Assembly: GCA_033763455.1 (NCBI GenBank)
Contig: JANRKO010000037.1
Location: 1 to 27,830, forward strand
Direction: 5' to 3'
DNA from: Polyangiaceae bacterium
GTDB lineage: Bacteria; Myxococcota_A; Polyangia; Polyangiales; Polyangiaceae
DNA length: 27,830 nucleotides
Shown here: one piece after another, positions 8,149 to 18,252 of the stretch
How the letters are laid out: every line of letters starts with the position of its first letter
How positions within the stretch are numbered: the stretch's first letter is position 1
Notes under the pieces: model-generated
Database searches by the model: none
The model's input: the letters and a program-made list of their open reading frames with translations, nothing else
Told to the model about the DNA's origin: nothing
Made by a program: the position numbers and the translations under genes

Positions 8149-10068
8149 CTATCGAGCCTCAAGTTCCCGTCGATCATCCGCGAGCACTCGACCGAACTGT
8201 TGCTGAAAGAGTTCAGCGTAAAGCCCGCCTCTTGCGAGGAGTTCTGTGTGCGTGCCAGATGCGACGACGCGGCCGCCATCCATTACCAAGATCTTGTCAG
8301 CATTCAGGATGGTGGAGAGCCGGTGGGCGATAATGAGTGAGCTTCTCCCTCGGAGAAGGTGTTCCAGGGCGCGCTGGATCAGGAACTCACTGGTGGCGTC
8401 CAGATTGCTGGTGGCCTCATCGAGGATCAAAATCTTCGCGTCTTTGAGCAGTGCGCGTGCGATGGCGATACGCTGTTTTTCGCCTCCAGAAAGTCTAAAG
8501 CCGCGTTCACCCACGAGGGTGTCGTAGCCCTGGGGCAGGTTCTGAATGAAGTCGTGGATCTGGGCCGCCTCGGCTGCCGACTCGATCTCTTGCTGCGTAG
8601 CGGTCGGTTTGGCGTAGATGAGATTGTCGCGGATGCTGGCGTTGAACAGGAAGGTATCTTGGGTGACCATGCCGATGTGTGTGCGCAAGCCTTCTTGGGT
8701 GAGCTCACGCACGTCGTGGCCGTCAACGGTGATCTTGCCATCGCTCACGTCGTAAAAGCGGGGCAACAAATAGGTGATGGTGGTCTTGCCGGCGCCGCTT
8801 GGGCCAACGAGCGCTACTTTTTCGCCAGGCTTGATTTCAAAGCTTACGGCATTAAGCAAAAAAGACTGCTTCTTTTCGGTAGCTGAGCTTTGCTCTTTGA
8901 GCGCCGCCGGAGGCGTGGGGTACTGAAACGACACATGCTCGAAGCGAATGTGCCCTTCGGTGCTCGGAAGGCCTGTGGCATTCGGACGATCAGAAACTTC
9001 CGGCACGCGGTCGAGGTAATCGAAAATTCTATCGAAGACAGCGAGCGACGCCTGGATATCCACATACACGCTCGCTAGGGAGTGCATGGGCCGATAGAGG
9101 TTGCCGAGCAGTGCCGCAAAAGCCACCACCGTTCCCACGCTGAGCTCGTTCTTCAGGACCTCGAGGCCGCCATACCAATAAATGAGGGCGGGGCCCGTTA
9201 CAGCGAACACGCTCAGCACCATAAAGAGCCAGCGGCCCACAATGGCGTTCTTAATATTGAGTTGTTTTACGCGCGCACTGCGCCCCAAAAACACATTCTG
9301 ATCGGCCTCTGCTTGGTTGAACACCTTAGTAAGCACCGAGCCGCTCAGGTGGAGCCGTTCGTGCAAGAACGCCAACAGATCGGCTTGTGCCTCTTGCAGC
9401 TGCTTGGAGAGCCCGCGACGCATTCCGCCTACGATGCGGGAGGGGAAGTAGAAGGCCGGCATAATGAGGAGTGCCAACACCGCTAAACGCCAGCTCATGG
9501 AGAAGACCACGATCGAGGTCACAACGAGAGACAATACGTTGCTCACGATGGAGGTAAGCGTGCTTGTGGCAACATGTTCTACTGCGTAGACGTCATTGTT
9601 GATGCGAGAAACGATCTCACCGCCGCGGGTGGTGGTGTAGAAGTGCAGCGACATTTTTTGCAAGTGCCGGTAAAGCTCCCGCCTGAAATCAAACAGGATG
9701 CTTTGGCCCGCGCGTGCTGAATACGTTTGTTGAAGCACGCTGATGAGGCCCATCAGCACCGCGATGGCGACCATTGCGAGCGCAAGCAGGCCCAGCAGTT
9801 GATGATTCTTCTCGGCGATGCCGCGGTCTAAAATCGCCTTCACGCAAATCGGCGGTAGCACCGAAAGGCCCGCAGTTAAAACGATGCACAGGAAGATAAC
9901 CAGCCACTCTTTTTTGTACGGGCGAAAGTAGCTGAACACACGTCGGAGGCGCTCACGGCTGAACTCGGGGCGAGGGCCTTCAAAGCGTTTGGTGAGAGAA
10001 TCACCCAGGCCGTACGTGCGGGCCACGCCGCCAGTGCTGGGGCTCCCGCCAATCCAACCGCCTTTCAC
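8149..10068 (-). CDS. Fused ABC exporter (transmembrane + ATP-binding domains), MsbA/multidrug-like
   Basis: Six-TM domain, Walker A GPSGAGKT, Q-loop VTQD, signature LSGGEKQR, Walker B ILILDEAT and IAHRLST. Confidence 0.95.
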   Translation of the reverse strand: MKGGWIGGSPSTGGVARTYGLGDSLTKRFEGPRPEFSRERLRRVFSYFRPYKKEWLVIFLCIVLTAGLSVLPPICVKAILDRGIAEKNHQLLGLLALAMVAIAVLMGLISVLQQTYSARAGQSILFDFRRELYRHLQKMSLHFYTTTRGGEIVSRINNDVYAVEHVATSTLTSIVSNVLSLVVTSIVVFSMSWRLAVLALLIMPAFYFPSRIVGGMRRGLSKQLQEAQADLLAFLHERLHLSGSVLTKVFNQAEADQNVFLGRSARVKQLNIKNAIVGRWLFMVLSVFAVTGPALIYWYGGLEVLKNELSVGTVVAFAALLGNLYRPMHSLASVYVDIQASLAVFDRIFDYLDRVPEVSDRPNATGLPSTEGHIRFEHVSFQYPTPPAALKEQSSATEKKQSFLLNAVSFEIKPGEKVALVGPSGAGKTTITYLLPRFYDVSDGKITVDGHDVRELTQEGLRTHIGMVTQDTFLFNASIRDNLIYAKPTATQQEIESAAEAAQIHDFIQNLPQGYDTLVGERGFRLSGGEKQRIAIARALLKDAKILILDEATSNLDATSEFLIQRALEHLLRGRSSLIIAHRLSTILNADKILVMDGGRVVASGTHTELLARGGLYAELFQQQFGRVLADDRRELEAR

Positions 10069-10256
10069 CGACTCTCCCAGCGTCCGGAAGTGTTTAAGCT
10101 CGAAATCACGTTAGCAATTTATGCCTCCCCTACTGGGAATGCCAGCGTGGGTGCAAGCCGAACGGCAACCACAGTTAAAACGTCCGAAAAACGGCTGGCA
10201 TCGCGTTCTCCGCTTGTGTAAGAGTCCGCCGCCTCTCGCGCCAGGTAAGCGGTAAC

Positions 10257-11819
10257 ATGAGTCACATAGCGCAAGTCACCGAAGCTGTGCGGGCTTCCGA
10301 GCCTGGGGCTGGGAGCACGTCTTCTTCTGCTCGCCGCGTCGAGCGGCTGCTCGCTGGTGTTGCGGTCTTTCTGGGGCTTCTGCTTCTGGGCATCTTCTTT
10401 GGCGTGCCCTACCTCCCCATGGTGGATTTACCACAGCATGCGGCACAGATCAGCGTGTGGCTGCACCTCGGGGATAAAAGCTTTGCTGGGGTGGAGAATT
10501 TTAGAGTTAATCTGCGAACGCCTTACCTTACCGGTTACGCTCTAGCCCGTTGGCTTGGCGCGTGGTTGGGCGTCGTGCCGGGCCTGAAGTTGGCGATCTG
10601 GCTCAGTGTGGTGGCGCAGTTTGGAGCCTTCGCTCTTCTGGTTCGAAAGCTTGGGCATCCCTTTTGGGTGAGCCTTTTCGGGCTCCCTTTTGCCTTTGGC
10701 TACAGTTTTTACTTTGGATTCGTGAGCTTTCTGGCTGCTGTGCCCTTCGTTCTTTTGGCACTCACTCTAGCGCTCTGGCATCGCGAGCGTGCTTCGGTGC
10801 TCACTGGAAGCGCGCTTGCGCTTGCGCTTGCGGGGGCCGTGGTTTCGCATGGCTTCGCCTGCGGCGTGGCGTTAGCCATGGTGGGGCCGCTGTTGTTGCG
10901 TGGGGCTGGGCACTTCTTTGTGCGTGTGGCACCGCTCGGCGCGCCGCTATTGGTCTCGTGGCTGCTGCTGTCCGATGGGGATTCCGCGAGGAAGATCGGC
11001 GCCACTATTTGGGACCCTCGCTTCTTCGAGCTCGCGCAGGTCCCGAGCTTGATGTTGTCGGCCTCAGGCGGAGACGCCGCTGCAACCGCCTTCGGAGTGT
11101 TCATGCTGGCGGCCATGTCGCTCGGCGTTGGGAGGCCTTCGCGGGAGCCCGAACGTTGGCTTCCGTTGCTTCTTGTGGTGGCGGGCTTTTGCTTGTTTCC
11201 GGCTGTGATGGGTGGGTTTGGGCCGCTGCATCCCCGTTTTGCCTCATTTTTTCCAGCCGCGCTTTTGCTGGGGTTTGAACCCAAAAATGCACCCGGCTTT
11301 AAGCTGTTGCCGGGGGTGGCCGCAGCACTTTGCGGTGCATGGTGTGCGGTGTTTGGCGTGCGCACCTACGCGTTCAGTCAGGAGGCAGCACCTGTCCGCA
11401 ATTGGGTAAAGCAGATGCCAGCCGGTCTTCGCGTTCGCCCTATTGTTTTTGAGCGCGAGAGCGAAGCCTTCCCCGGGGCCCCCATGCATCTGCATATGTC
11501 GGCTTATTATCTCGCCGAGAAAGGCGGGATCCAGGGCTACTCCTTTGCCATGTATCCAACCAGCGTCATCCGCTATGTGCCCGGCTTCGTGCCAGGCATG
11601 GGTGGGGGCGCGGAATGGCACCCGGAGCGCTTTAGCGCACTGAAAGACGTGCCGCGGTTTGATTGCTTCTTGGTGCACAGCGAAATGGATCGCTCGGTGT
11701 CGTTATTTGGGGATCTTTTGAGTCAGGTTGAGTTGGTTTTTCACGAAGGAAACTGGTGGGCGTATCGCGTGCGGCCTCAGGTGAGCGTGCGGCGTCAAAA
11801 AAGAAGCTGGGTATTATGA
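10257..11819 (+). CDS. Polytopic membrane protein, possible GT-C-fold glycosyltransferase
   Basis: About 11-12 hydrophobic segments, an acidic loop motif LPMVDLPQH after TM1, YSFYFGFVSF, HPRF, and a soluble C-terminal domain. The GT-C assignment is inference. Confidence 0.55.
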   Translation: MSHIAQVTEAVRASEPGAGSTSSSARRVERLLAGVAVFLGLLLLGIFFGVPYLPMVDLPQHAAQISVWLHLGDKSFAGVENFRVNLRTPYLTGYALARWLGAWLGVVPGLKLAIWLSVVAQFGAFALLVRKLGHPFWVSLFGLPFAFGYSFYFGFVSFLAAVPFVLLALTLALWHRERASVLTGSALALALAGAVVSHGFACGVALAMVGPLLLRGAGHFFVRVAPLGAPLLVSWLLLSDGDSARKIGATIWDPRFFELAQVPSLMLSASGGDAAATAFGVFMLAAMSLGVGRPSREPERWLPLLLVVAGFCLFPAVMGGFGPLHPRFASFFPAALLLGFEPKNAPGFKLLPGVAAALCGAWCAVFGVRTYAFSQEAAPVRNWVKQMPAGLRVRPIVFERESEAFPGAPMHLHMSAYYLAEKGGIQGYSFAMYPTSVIRYVPGFVPGMGGGAEWHPERFSALKDVPRFDCFLVHSEMDRSVSLFGDLLSQVELVFHEGNWWAYRVRPQVSVRRQKRSWVL

Positions 11820-12715
11820 GCGAACGATGGGTGTCTGCGGTTGAGCCGCTGGAGCATGTTCCGGCAACTTCGGGTTATCGATTTGAGAGCGGAGCGGTAC
11901 CGCGTGCGGGCGCCGAAGAAGAACTCCAGCTTGCGGATTTTAAACGCTATTTCCCGCACACGCCCACGGCTTTGGCCATCAAAGAATGTGCTCGGTTGGC
12001 GGCCGTCAGGCGCTATCCGTGTCCTGGGCCTGTGTTGGATGTCGGCTGCGGCGATGGCTTGTTCGCGCGTCTTGCTTTTGACAACGTGGAAGTTTGGGGG
12101 ATCGACATTGATGCCAAAGAAGGGCGCTGGGCCGCAGCGAGCCGTGCGTACGCCCAGGTCATTTTGGGGGACGTAACCCAAGCCAAGCTTCCCGAGGCAT
12201 TCTTTGCGAGTTGCGTCGCCAACTGCTCGCTAGAGCATGTGCCTCGCATCGACCTCGCGCTCCGCTCAATCCAGCGCTCGCTCAGGCCCGGTGGGGTAGC
12301 GTATATGTTCGTTCCGAATCCCGAGTGGGCTCGGCATCTGCTTTCGGTGCGCGTGCTCCAGGAGCTGGGTGCCCCGGGGCTCGCTTCAGAGTTGCAGGGC
12401 GCGATCGATCGATTTTTTGTGCACCACCACCTCTACGACGAAGCCCGATGGAGTGAGCTCTGCGTGGAGGCTGGGCTCGAAGTGGTGGCGGTTGAGCCGG
12501 TGCTTTCCTCTGCCACAACGGTGGCATTTGAAGCATTTCTGTTGCCGTCTTTGCTTGGTCTTTTAAACAAGAATCTTACGACGCGTTGGACCAATTTCCC
12601 GCGTTTTCGACGCTTGTTTGCCCGGCCCGTGTATGAACTCGTTCAGCAGGTGATGAAGCGGGCCGACCCGAGCCTTACGGCTGAATACCTTGTGATTGCC
12701 AGGCGTCCAGCATGA
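11816..12715 (+). CDS. Class I SAM-dependent methyltransferase
   Basis: ATG 11816 overlaps the upstream stop (ATGA). Motifs VLDVGCGDG, WGIDID, NCSLEHV and LRPGG. Confidence 0.9.
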   Translation: MSERWVSAVEPLEHVPATSGYRFESGAVPRAGAEEELQLADFKRYFPHTPTALAIKECARLAAVRRYPCPGPVLDVGCGDGLFARLAFDNVEVWGIDIDAKEGRWAAASRAYAQVILGDVTQAKLPEAFFASCVANCSLEHVPRIDLALRSIQRSLRPGGVAYMFVPNPEWARHLLSVRVLQELGAPGLASELQGAIDRFFVHHHLYDEARWSELCVEAGLEVVAVEPVLSSATTVAFEAFLLPSLLGLLNKNLTTRWTNFPRFRRLFARPVYELVQQVMKRADPSLTAEYLVIARRPA

Positions 12716-13341
12716 GCGCTGAAGCCGTTGATTATTTCTCGAATCACCGCTTGAAGCTGAGGTTCCCGTGGAGCCTGTATCACGGGCCCATCGTGCGTGA
12801 GCTTGGGCGCGTGCTGCGAGCGCACGGGCCTGAGGCGCTTAATGTAGGGTCGGGGCCGTTTTTCGAGTTGGAGCAGGTGTCCGGCAACGGGCTCAACTTC
12901 ACTATCTGCGATATCGATGCGCGCGCGATTGAACTCGCGAAGGAGATTCACGGCGGCCGCATCAAGCGAGCGGATGTCGTTGGTATGGATGGGCGCCTTC
13001 CGTACCAAGATGACTCCTTCGACGTGGTTGTATCCATGGACGTGGTCGAGCATGTGCCCGAGCCACTTCCTTGGTTGGCCGAAACCTTGCGCGTATTGAA
13101 GCCTGGCGGCGTGCTCTTTCTCACGACACCGAATTATGCTTCCGCCTCTTTGCGCATCATCGAAAATACGGCGCTCGAAGCGATTGCACGGGTGCAGGGG
13201 TTCAGCCGTAAGGAGTTGCACCCCACCAAGTTGAACTCTCAGAAGCTGAAGGATCTGCTGCGCCAAGTTGGCGCGACGCGTATTGAGACGCGTCCGATCG
13301 CTCTCGGATGGGTTCTCTCGGCGACCGCGCAAAAGGCCTGA
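12712..13341 (+). CDS. Class I SAM-dependent methyltransferase (type 11-like)
   Basis: ATGA overlap. Motifs LNVGSG, CDID, LPYQDDSFDVVVSMDVVEHV and RVLKPGGVLFLTTPN. Confidence 0.9.
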   Translation: MSAEAVDYFSNHRLKLRFPWSLYHGPIVRELGRVLRAHGPEALNVGSGPFFELEQVSGNGLNFTICDIDARAIELAKEIHGGRIKRADVVGMDGRLPYQDDSFDVVVSMDVVEHVPEPLPWLAETLRVLKPGGVLFLTTPNYASASLRIIENTALEAIARVQGFSRKELHPTKLNSQKLKDLLRQVGATRIETRPIALGWVLSATAQKA

Positions 13342-13348
13342 GGGTTGC

Positions 13349-14320
13349 CTACTTTTTGAAGCCGCGCGGGGTTTTCCAGCGGGCACGAACGTAGCGCTTC
13401 AGTACATCTCGAAACAGGCCAATGTGCGCGCAGTGGTCCATGGTGTCGTTGCCGGAGTAACCGCGCACGATGAAGTTGCCGCGGTTGAAGCGCCGAATCA
13501 GGTCGAGGCCCATGGGGCCCTTTCCCTTGGTGCTTGATGCTTTGCCGCCGACGGTGTCGACCAAAAGCTCCGCGGTTTCAGTCGTGGACGCGTAGCCAGG
13601 GGGAATGATCGAGGAGTGGCTAACAAACATGAATTTTCGGCCCCTCGCGGCGAGTTGAGCGAAGCGAATAAAGGCCCCGAGCTGCACGGTATCGAGAGTC
13701 TTTATGGCTCCTTTTTGCACGTAGCTTCCGTGCAATCCGTCGAGCAAGACCACGCTATCGATGCGGCTCACCACTGCGGGCTGACCGAGCAAGCTTTGGA
13801 TCGCGCCATAGCCGGCGCTCCAGGCCGAAAGCCCAATACGTCGAGCGTGCGCGCGTTTGAGTTTGCGCGCCTTGGCCACGCCTGCCTCCACGCTTTCGAT
13901 CAGCGTTTTCCAAGCTTCTGGAGACGCAAAGGCTTGTTCGTAGACACCAGAGCCTAGGCCGAGATCAATACCAACCAGAACGGGCCCATCCATGACCCGA
14001 ACCCACTCCTTGCGAACTGCTTCATGCCCGTGGAAGTGGAGCATGACGTCGAAGTCACCATTTTTGGCTACGCCTCCGCGCCCTGGCAAGATCATTTGCC
14101 CCATGCTGGGCGCGCGGCTCCAGGGCTCGTACACGCCATAGCCAGGATCGGGCGTCATACAAGGGTTGATGCCGCGCTCTTCGGAGCTCTTCTGGACTTG
14201 TGTCGAGGCGTTCGGTTGCCTCGGAATAAATGGCTTGCTCGATGAGCTCGTTGCCGCGTGCAGCGAGGTGACGCGGAGCACGCTAAGCGCGAGCATGATG
14301 CTCGCGACGCTACGCCTCAT
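13349..14320 (-). CDS. Secreted hypothetical protein, probable alpha/beta-hydrolase fold
   Basis: ATG 14320 overlaps the OsmC stop (ATGA). Signal peptide (MRRSVASIMLALSVLRVTSLHA), HFHG, nucleophile-elbow-like SAWSAG, VVLLDG and a C-terminal DHCAH. Confidence 0.65.
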   Translation of the reverse strand: MRRSVASIMLALSVLRVTSLHAATSSSSKPFIPRQPNASTQVQKSSEERGINPCMTPDPGYGVYEPWSRAPSMGQMILPGRGGVAKNGDFDVMLHFHGHEAVRKEWVRVMDGPVLVGIDLGLGSGVYEQAFASPEAWKTLIESVEAGVAKARKLKRAHARRIGLSAWSAGYGAIQSLLGQPAVVSRIDSVVLLDGLHGSYVQKGAIKTLDTVQLGAFIRFAQLAARGRKFMFVSHSSIIPPGYASTTETAELLVDTVGGKASSTKGKGPMGLDLIRRFNRGNFIVRGYSGNDTMDHCAHIGLFRDVLKRYVRARWKTPRGFKK

Positions 14321-14772
14321 GGCTCTTGAGGCTGTGTGAGCAGCACCTTCACCTGGGTTTCTAGGTGATTTTGTGCTGAGAGTGAGTTTGAAACCAAACA
14401 AGCGTGTTTAGCTTTTTCGAGGAGCCGCTGGGCTCGCTCAACACTGGCTCCGGGCAACACGTACAGCGTGGCGCGTGTGTGAAACTCCGTGAAGCGAGTC
14501 ACGCGTTCCACGCGCTCCAAGATCCCTTCCACCTGGCACTCTAGGCGTTCCCACGAGAACGCTGACGCCTTGGCGATGGCGCGGAACGAGAGCACGAAGC
14601 AGTCCGCGATGGCCCCTGTGAGCAGTGTTTCTGGAGCCCAGTGATCGCCAGGTCCGTCGAACTCGATCGGTCCGAAGGATACCAGGGAGGGTACACCTGG
14701 TGTACTCAGCGTTACTCCGCCTTGGGCGTCAGCCTGTGCGGACACTTTGTAGTGGTGAGGAAACTCTTGCAT
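14317..14772 (-). CDS. OsmC/Ohr-family protein
   Basis: Starts MQEFPHHY. Motifs PIEFDGPGDHWAPETLL, ADCF and AKHACLVSNSL carry the two family cysteines. Confidence 0.9.
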   Translation of the reverse strand: MQEFPHHYKVSAQADAQGGVTLSTPGVPSLVSFGPIEFDGPGDHWAPETLLTGAIADCFVLSFRAIAKASAFSWERLECQVEGILERVERVTRFTEFHTRATLYVLPGASVERAQRLLEKAKHACLVSNSLSAQNHLETQVKVLLTQPQEP

Positions 14773-14836
14773 AACGGAGGTCTTCTGGTTGGCTCTGGAC
14801 GCTAGCACTGCGCCGAATGGGAGCGAAACCGTTCAG

Positions 14837-15412
14837 CTACAAGGCCAAAAGTAGCTCGCCTAGCTTCAACACCGTACGCCAGTTTCGAACCGTGCTCGTG
14901 GTCTTGAGGGCTTTGTCGAAGTACGCATTCGTGAGCTTGGTGCGTGCCAGGCCGCTGGGGCAATGAAGGTAGATGTCTCGGCCTTTGACCACGAAAGCGT
15001 CGCCAGGCGAGCGGTTCACGTCGAGTTGGGCGACGGCGGTCGATGTGGGCGCGTCCTTGAGGCACATCAGGTGAAGCGCCGCTTCGGGCATTCCGGCCTT
15101 CAGGAAGGGGTTTTGGCGACAGGCAGCGTGGAGCTCTGAGGCGGAGCGCAGGATGATCGGAACTTCGAAGCCGAACTTCGATCTGATCTTGCTGCTGAGT
15201 TCAGCGGATAGGTTCTTCAGCCGTGCAGTAGGCGCCATGAACACCACGTTGCCGCTTTGGATGTAGGTGCTCACTTTGGTGCAGCCCGTTTGAGCGAACA
15301 CTTCCCGAAGGGCTTCCATCGGCAAAGTATTCTTCCCACCCACGTTGATCCCACGGAGAAGTGCCAGGTGTGGCTCGGGGGTTGTTTGGCTTCTAGCTGA
15401 GATTGCGGGCAT
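14837..15412 (-). CDS. DUF1697 family protein
   Basis: ALLRGINVGG, TYIQSGNVVF, NPF and TVRNWRTV motifs. Start uncertain (15412 or 15439). Confidence 0.9.
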   Translation of the reverse strand: MPAISARSQTTPEPHLALLRGINVGGKNTLPMEALREVFAQTGCTKVSTYIQSGNVVFMAPTARLKNLSAELSSKIRSKFGFEVPIILRSASELHAACRQNPFLKAGMPEAALHLMCLKDAPTSTAVAQLDVNRSPGDAFVVKGRDIYLHCPSGLARTKLTNAYFDKALKTTSTVRNWRTVLKLGELLLAL

Positions 15413-15584
15413 CACTGGTACGTCTATGTTCCCCCACACTTGCAGCAGCTGTAAACAAGGAGCGTCGCAAGTGCGATAGAAGTGATCGGTTTGTGTTGCG
15501 GAAAACGCGACGACTATGCGAGAGGCGGGTACACTGGGCCTAGCTGACGAGCTCTTTGGCAGAGGGGTACATGCGAGGCTTCAA

Positions 15585-16484
15585 ATGATACGACCTTTCA
15601 CGAAAACTCTGCGATTGCTTTTAACCGTGCCGGCCTGCGCGTGGGCTTTCGCCGGCTGTTCGGCACCTGAACACTCCGAGATCTTCGGCGCGCAGCGTGC
15701 CGCTGGTGAGAACTTGGGAACGGGTGGTGCAACGAGCGCGAGCGGGGGCGGCACCTCGATTACGGGTAGCGGTGGGGCCGCTAATCCCGGTGGAAAAGTG
15801 CCCACCGGTGGGCGGAACGGTGGGATGGGAAAAATGGGTGGCGCGCCCGCAATGGGTTCTGGAGGCGCCGCGCCGATAGTGGATCCGATCCCTGGCGATA
15901 CGGGGGGTACCGATGGCGGCGTGATCGATGCGACGGGTGGTGCTTCGAACGGCACTGGTGGTCAGCAAGGCGGAACGTGCGTGCCAACGGCTGAAGTGTG
16001 CGACGGGCTCGACAACAACTGCGAGAACGGAACGGCTGACGAAATGTGCCCTTCGGAGTGCAAAGGCTTGGCGATCGCTGGGCGCGGGTACATGTTCTGC
16101 GGTGCGCGTGAGCTCACTTGGCTTGAATCGCAGAAATTCTGCGTCGACCACGGAATGTCCCTCCTGAAACTTGAAACGGCCGATGAAAACACTCAGGTGC
16201 TGGCCGTGGCGGCCGGGTTACCTAACGGTGGAATCGAGTGGGCTTGGCTTGGCGCCACCGATATTGCCAACGAAGGCTCGTGGGTCTGGGAGGGCGGTGT
16301 GCACTTTTGGCAAGGGGAAGCGAACGGTACGCCCGTAAATGGCCGGTTCTCCGCCTGGATGGAGTCGCAGCCCAACAACAGCAATGGTGGGGACAACTGT
16401 GCGCGTGCCTTTCCGGACACTGCCAACTGGACCGACGGCGATTGCGGCGTCACCTCGGCCGGCTTGATCTGCGAGGCGGACTAA
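15585..16484 (+). CDS. Lipoprotein with Gly-rich linker, EVCDGLDNNC Cys motif and C-type lectin domain
   Basis: Lipobox AFAGC, G-rich linker and EVCDGLDNNC. C-type lectin signature: YMFC..TW..SQKFC, WLGATD..EGSWVW, W..SQPNN..DNC, WTD.DC, LICE. Start is ATG 15585 or 15516. Confidence 0.88.
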   Translation: MIRPFTKTLRLLLTVPACAWAFAGCSAPEHSEIFGAQRAAGENLGTGGATSASGGGTSITGSGGAANPGGKVPTGGRNGGMGKMGGAPAMGSGGAAPIVDPIPGDTGGTDGGVIDATGGASNGTGGQQGGTCVPTAEVCDGLDNNCENGTADEMCPSECKGLAIAGRGYMFCGARELTWLESQKFCVDHGMSLLKLETADENTQVLAVAAGLPNGGIEWAWLGATDIANEGSWVWEGGVHFWQGEANGTPVNGRFSAWMESQPNNSNGGDNCARAFPDTANWTDGDCGVTSAGLICEAD

Positions 16485-16505
16485 CAAGCCGTACAGAGTC
16501 CGTCG

Positions 16506-18152
16506 CTAAGCCTTAACGCTTGGCCCAAAGCTCAGGCCTCGCTCCTCCGCGAGCTCGGCCGTTAGCCCCGGAGCTGGCTCGAACCCTGCGGCGAAGCGTT
16601 CGGCTAATGCGGTGATGGTGAGGCTCGGGTTCACGGCCAGGTTGCCAGGGATGACGCTCCCATCACAAACGTAAAGGCCGGGGTATCCGAACACTTCATG
16701 ATGGGTGTCGATGACGCCCTCTTCAGGAGTAGCTCCGATTCCGCAACCGCCCAAGATGTGAGCGGTTGCCGGCGTTCGCAGCAACACTTCGGAGGCGATG
16801 TTCTGGGCTTCACCGTTGATTTCTTCAGCCAAAATCTGGGCCGCCTCTTGAGCTACCGGCAGGTAGCTGGGGACGGGCTTGTCCGTGGCCGCACCCGTGA
16901 ATTTGAGCCCAAACAGTGAGCGTTTGAGGCGCAGGCGTAGGTGCTGATCGACCGATTGCATCACCAACAGTATCACGGTGCTTTTGGCCCAATCGGAAAC
17001 GCGCCACAGCTTCCACGTCTGCAAGAAACGAGAAAAAATCCGCCCGAGCAATTTTAGCGGCCGGGTGAGTTGAGTGCCGTCTGGAGTGAGCGGCACTCCG
17101 AGCAGCCGCATCGCACCTGAGCCACTCGGGTAGCGGACGCTTTCGATCTTGGTGAGTGAATTGGGATGAAACGCGGCTCCAATCGCGATGCCACGCGATA
17201 GCTCACGGTGGGCCTCGAAGCTGGTAGCCCCGAGCAGGCTTTCTCCATTGGTGCGCACTCGTTCGCCAAGCCGCGGAGAAATGCGGGGCAGCGTGCGGTA
17301 TTGGTCGCGATTGCGGAGGAGGAGCTGAACGGTGCCCAAGACGCCTGCCGCCAAGATCACGCGTTTTGCGGCAAGCGTGCGGGTGCCACCAAAGAAAGCC
17401 GTCGAGCTTTTCGTCTCCACTTCGTAGCCAGCACCTGAGGGCGTAATTCTTGTGGCTGTTGTTTCGGGTAGCACCTCGGCTCCCCATTTTTCAGCGAAGT
17501 AGAGATAGTTCTTGTCGAGCGTATTTTTGGCACCAAAGCGGCAGCCCACCATGCAACCTCCACAAAAGTTGCAACCCGTTCGGCTCGGGCCTTTGCCGGA
17601 AAAATACGGATCTGAAACCGTAACATTCGGCTGACCAAAATAGACGCCTACCTCCGTTGAATGAAACGACGCCTCGGCCCCCATGCGTTCACTTACACGC
17701 CGCAAGGCCGCTTCGCCTTCAAACATTCCGGGGTTTACCGCGACGCCCAACATTGAGCGAGCCGTTTGGTAGTGGGGGGCGAGCTCAGCTTTCCAGTTTA
17801 CGGCGCCTGCCCACGAAGGATCGTCAAAGACGTCGTCGAGCGGCTGCATCAAGGTGTTGGCATAGACGAGGCTGCCTCCGCCCACTCCGGCTCCGTGCAA
17901 CACCATCACACCATTGAGCAACGTGATGCGCTGGATGCCAAAACATCGGAGCGCGGGGGCCCACAAATAGCGCGCCACTTTCCAGTTGGTTTTGGGGAAA
18001 TCTTGGGCGGTCCAGCGCTTGCCAGCCTCCAAAACGGCTACGCTATAACCCTTCTGGACCAAGCGCATCGCGGCCACGCTGCCGCCGAACCCACTGCCGA
18101 TGATCAGGAAGTCGTACGGCGCTGAGCTGGTGCCGAGATTTGCGGGGGACAC
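16506..18152 (-). CDS. GMC oxidoreductase, cholesterol oxidase (ChoD)-like
   Basis: FAD-binding IIGSGFGGSV, GAGVGGGSLVYAN, CNFCGGCMVGC, KNTLDKNYL, TAHILGG and DGSVIPGNLAVNPSLTITALAER. No signal peptide. Confidence 0.9.
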   Translation of the reverse strand: MSPANLGTSSAPYDFLIIGSGFGGSVAAMRLVQKGYSVAVLEAGKRWTAQDFPKTNWKVARYLWAPALRCFGIQRITLLNGVMVLHGAGVGGGSLVYANTLMQPLDDVFDDPSWAGAVNWKAELAPHYQTARSMLGVAVNPGMFEGEAALRRVSERMGAEASFHSTEVGVYFGQPNVTVSDPYFSGKGPSRTGCNFCGGCMVGCRFGAKNTLDKNYLYFAEKWGAEVLPETTATRITPSGAGYEVETKSSTAFFGGTRTLAAKRVILAAGVLGTVQLLLRNRDQYRTLPRISPRLGERVRTNGESLLGATSFEAHRELSRGIAIGAAFHPNSLTKIESVRYPSGSGAMRLLGVPLTPDGTQLTRPLKLLGRIFSRFLQTWKLWRVSDWAKSTVILLVMQSVDQHLRLRLKRSLFGLKFTGAATDKPVPSYLPVAQEAAQILAEEINGEAQNIASEVLLRTPATAHILGGCGIGATPEEGVIDTHHEVFGYPGLYVCDGSVIPGNLAVNPSLTITALAERFAAGFEPAPGLTAELAEERGLSFGPSVKA

Positions 18153-18252
18153 GTGGCTAAGCGTAGCTCACCGGGTTGCGGGTGGGGAATATTCCGAGCA
18201 TTCTCCGGCTCACCGCATGCTGAACGTGTTGACTGGCCCTAGGTGCGAAGCC

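Noticed and set aside
10811..10833. (GCGCTT)n microsatellite
   Set aside because: Three in-frame units encoding ALALAL in a TM helix; unlikely to be phase-variable.
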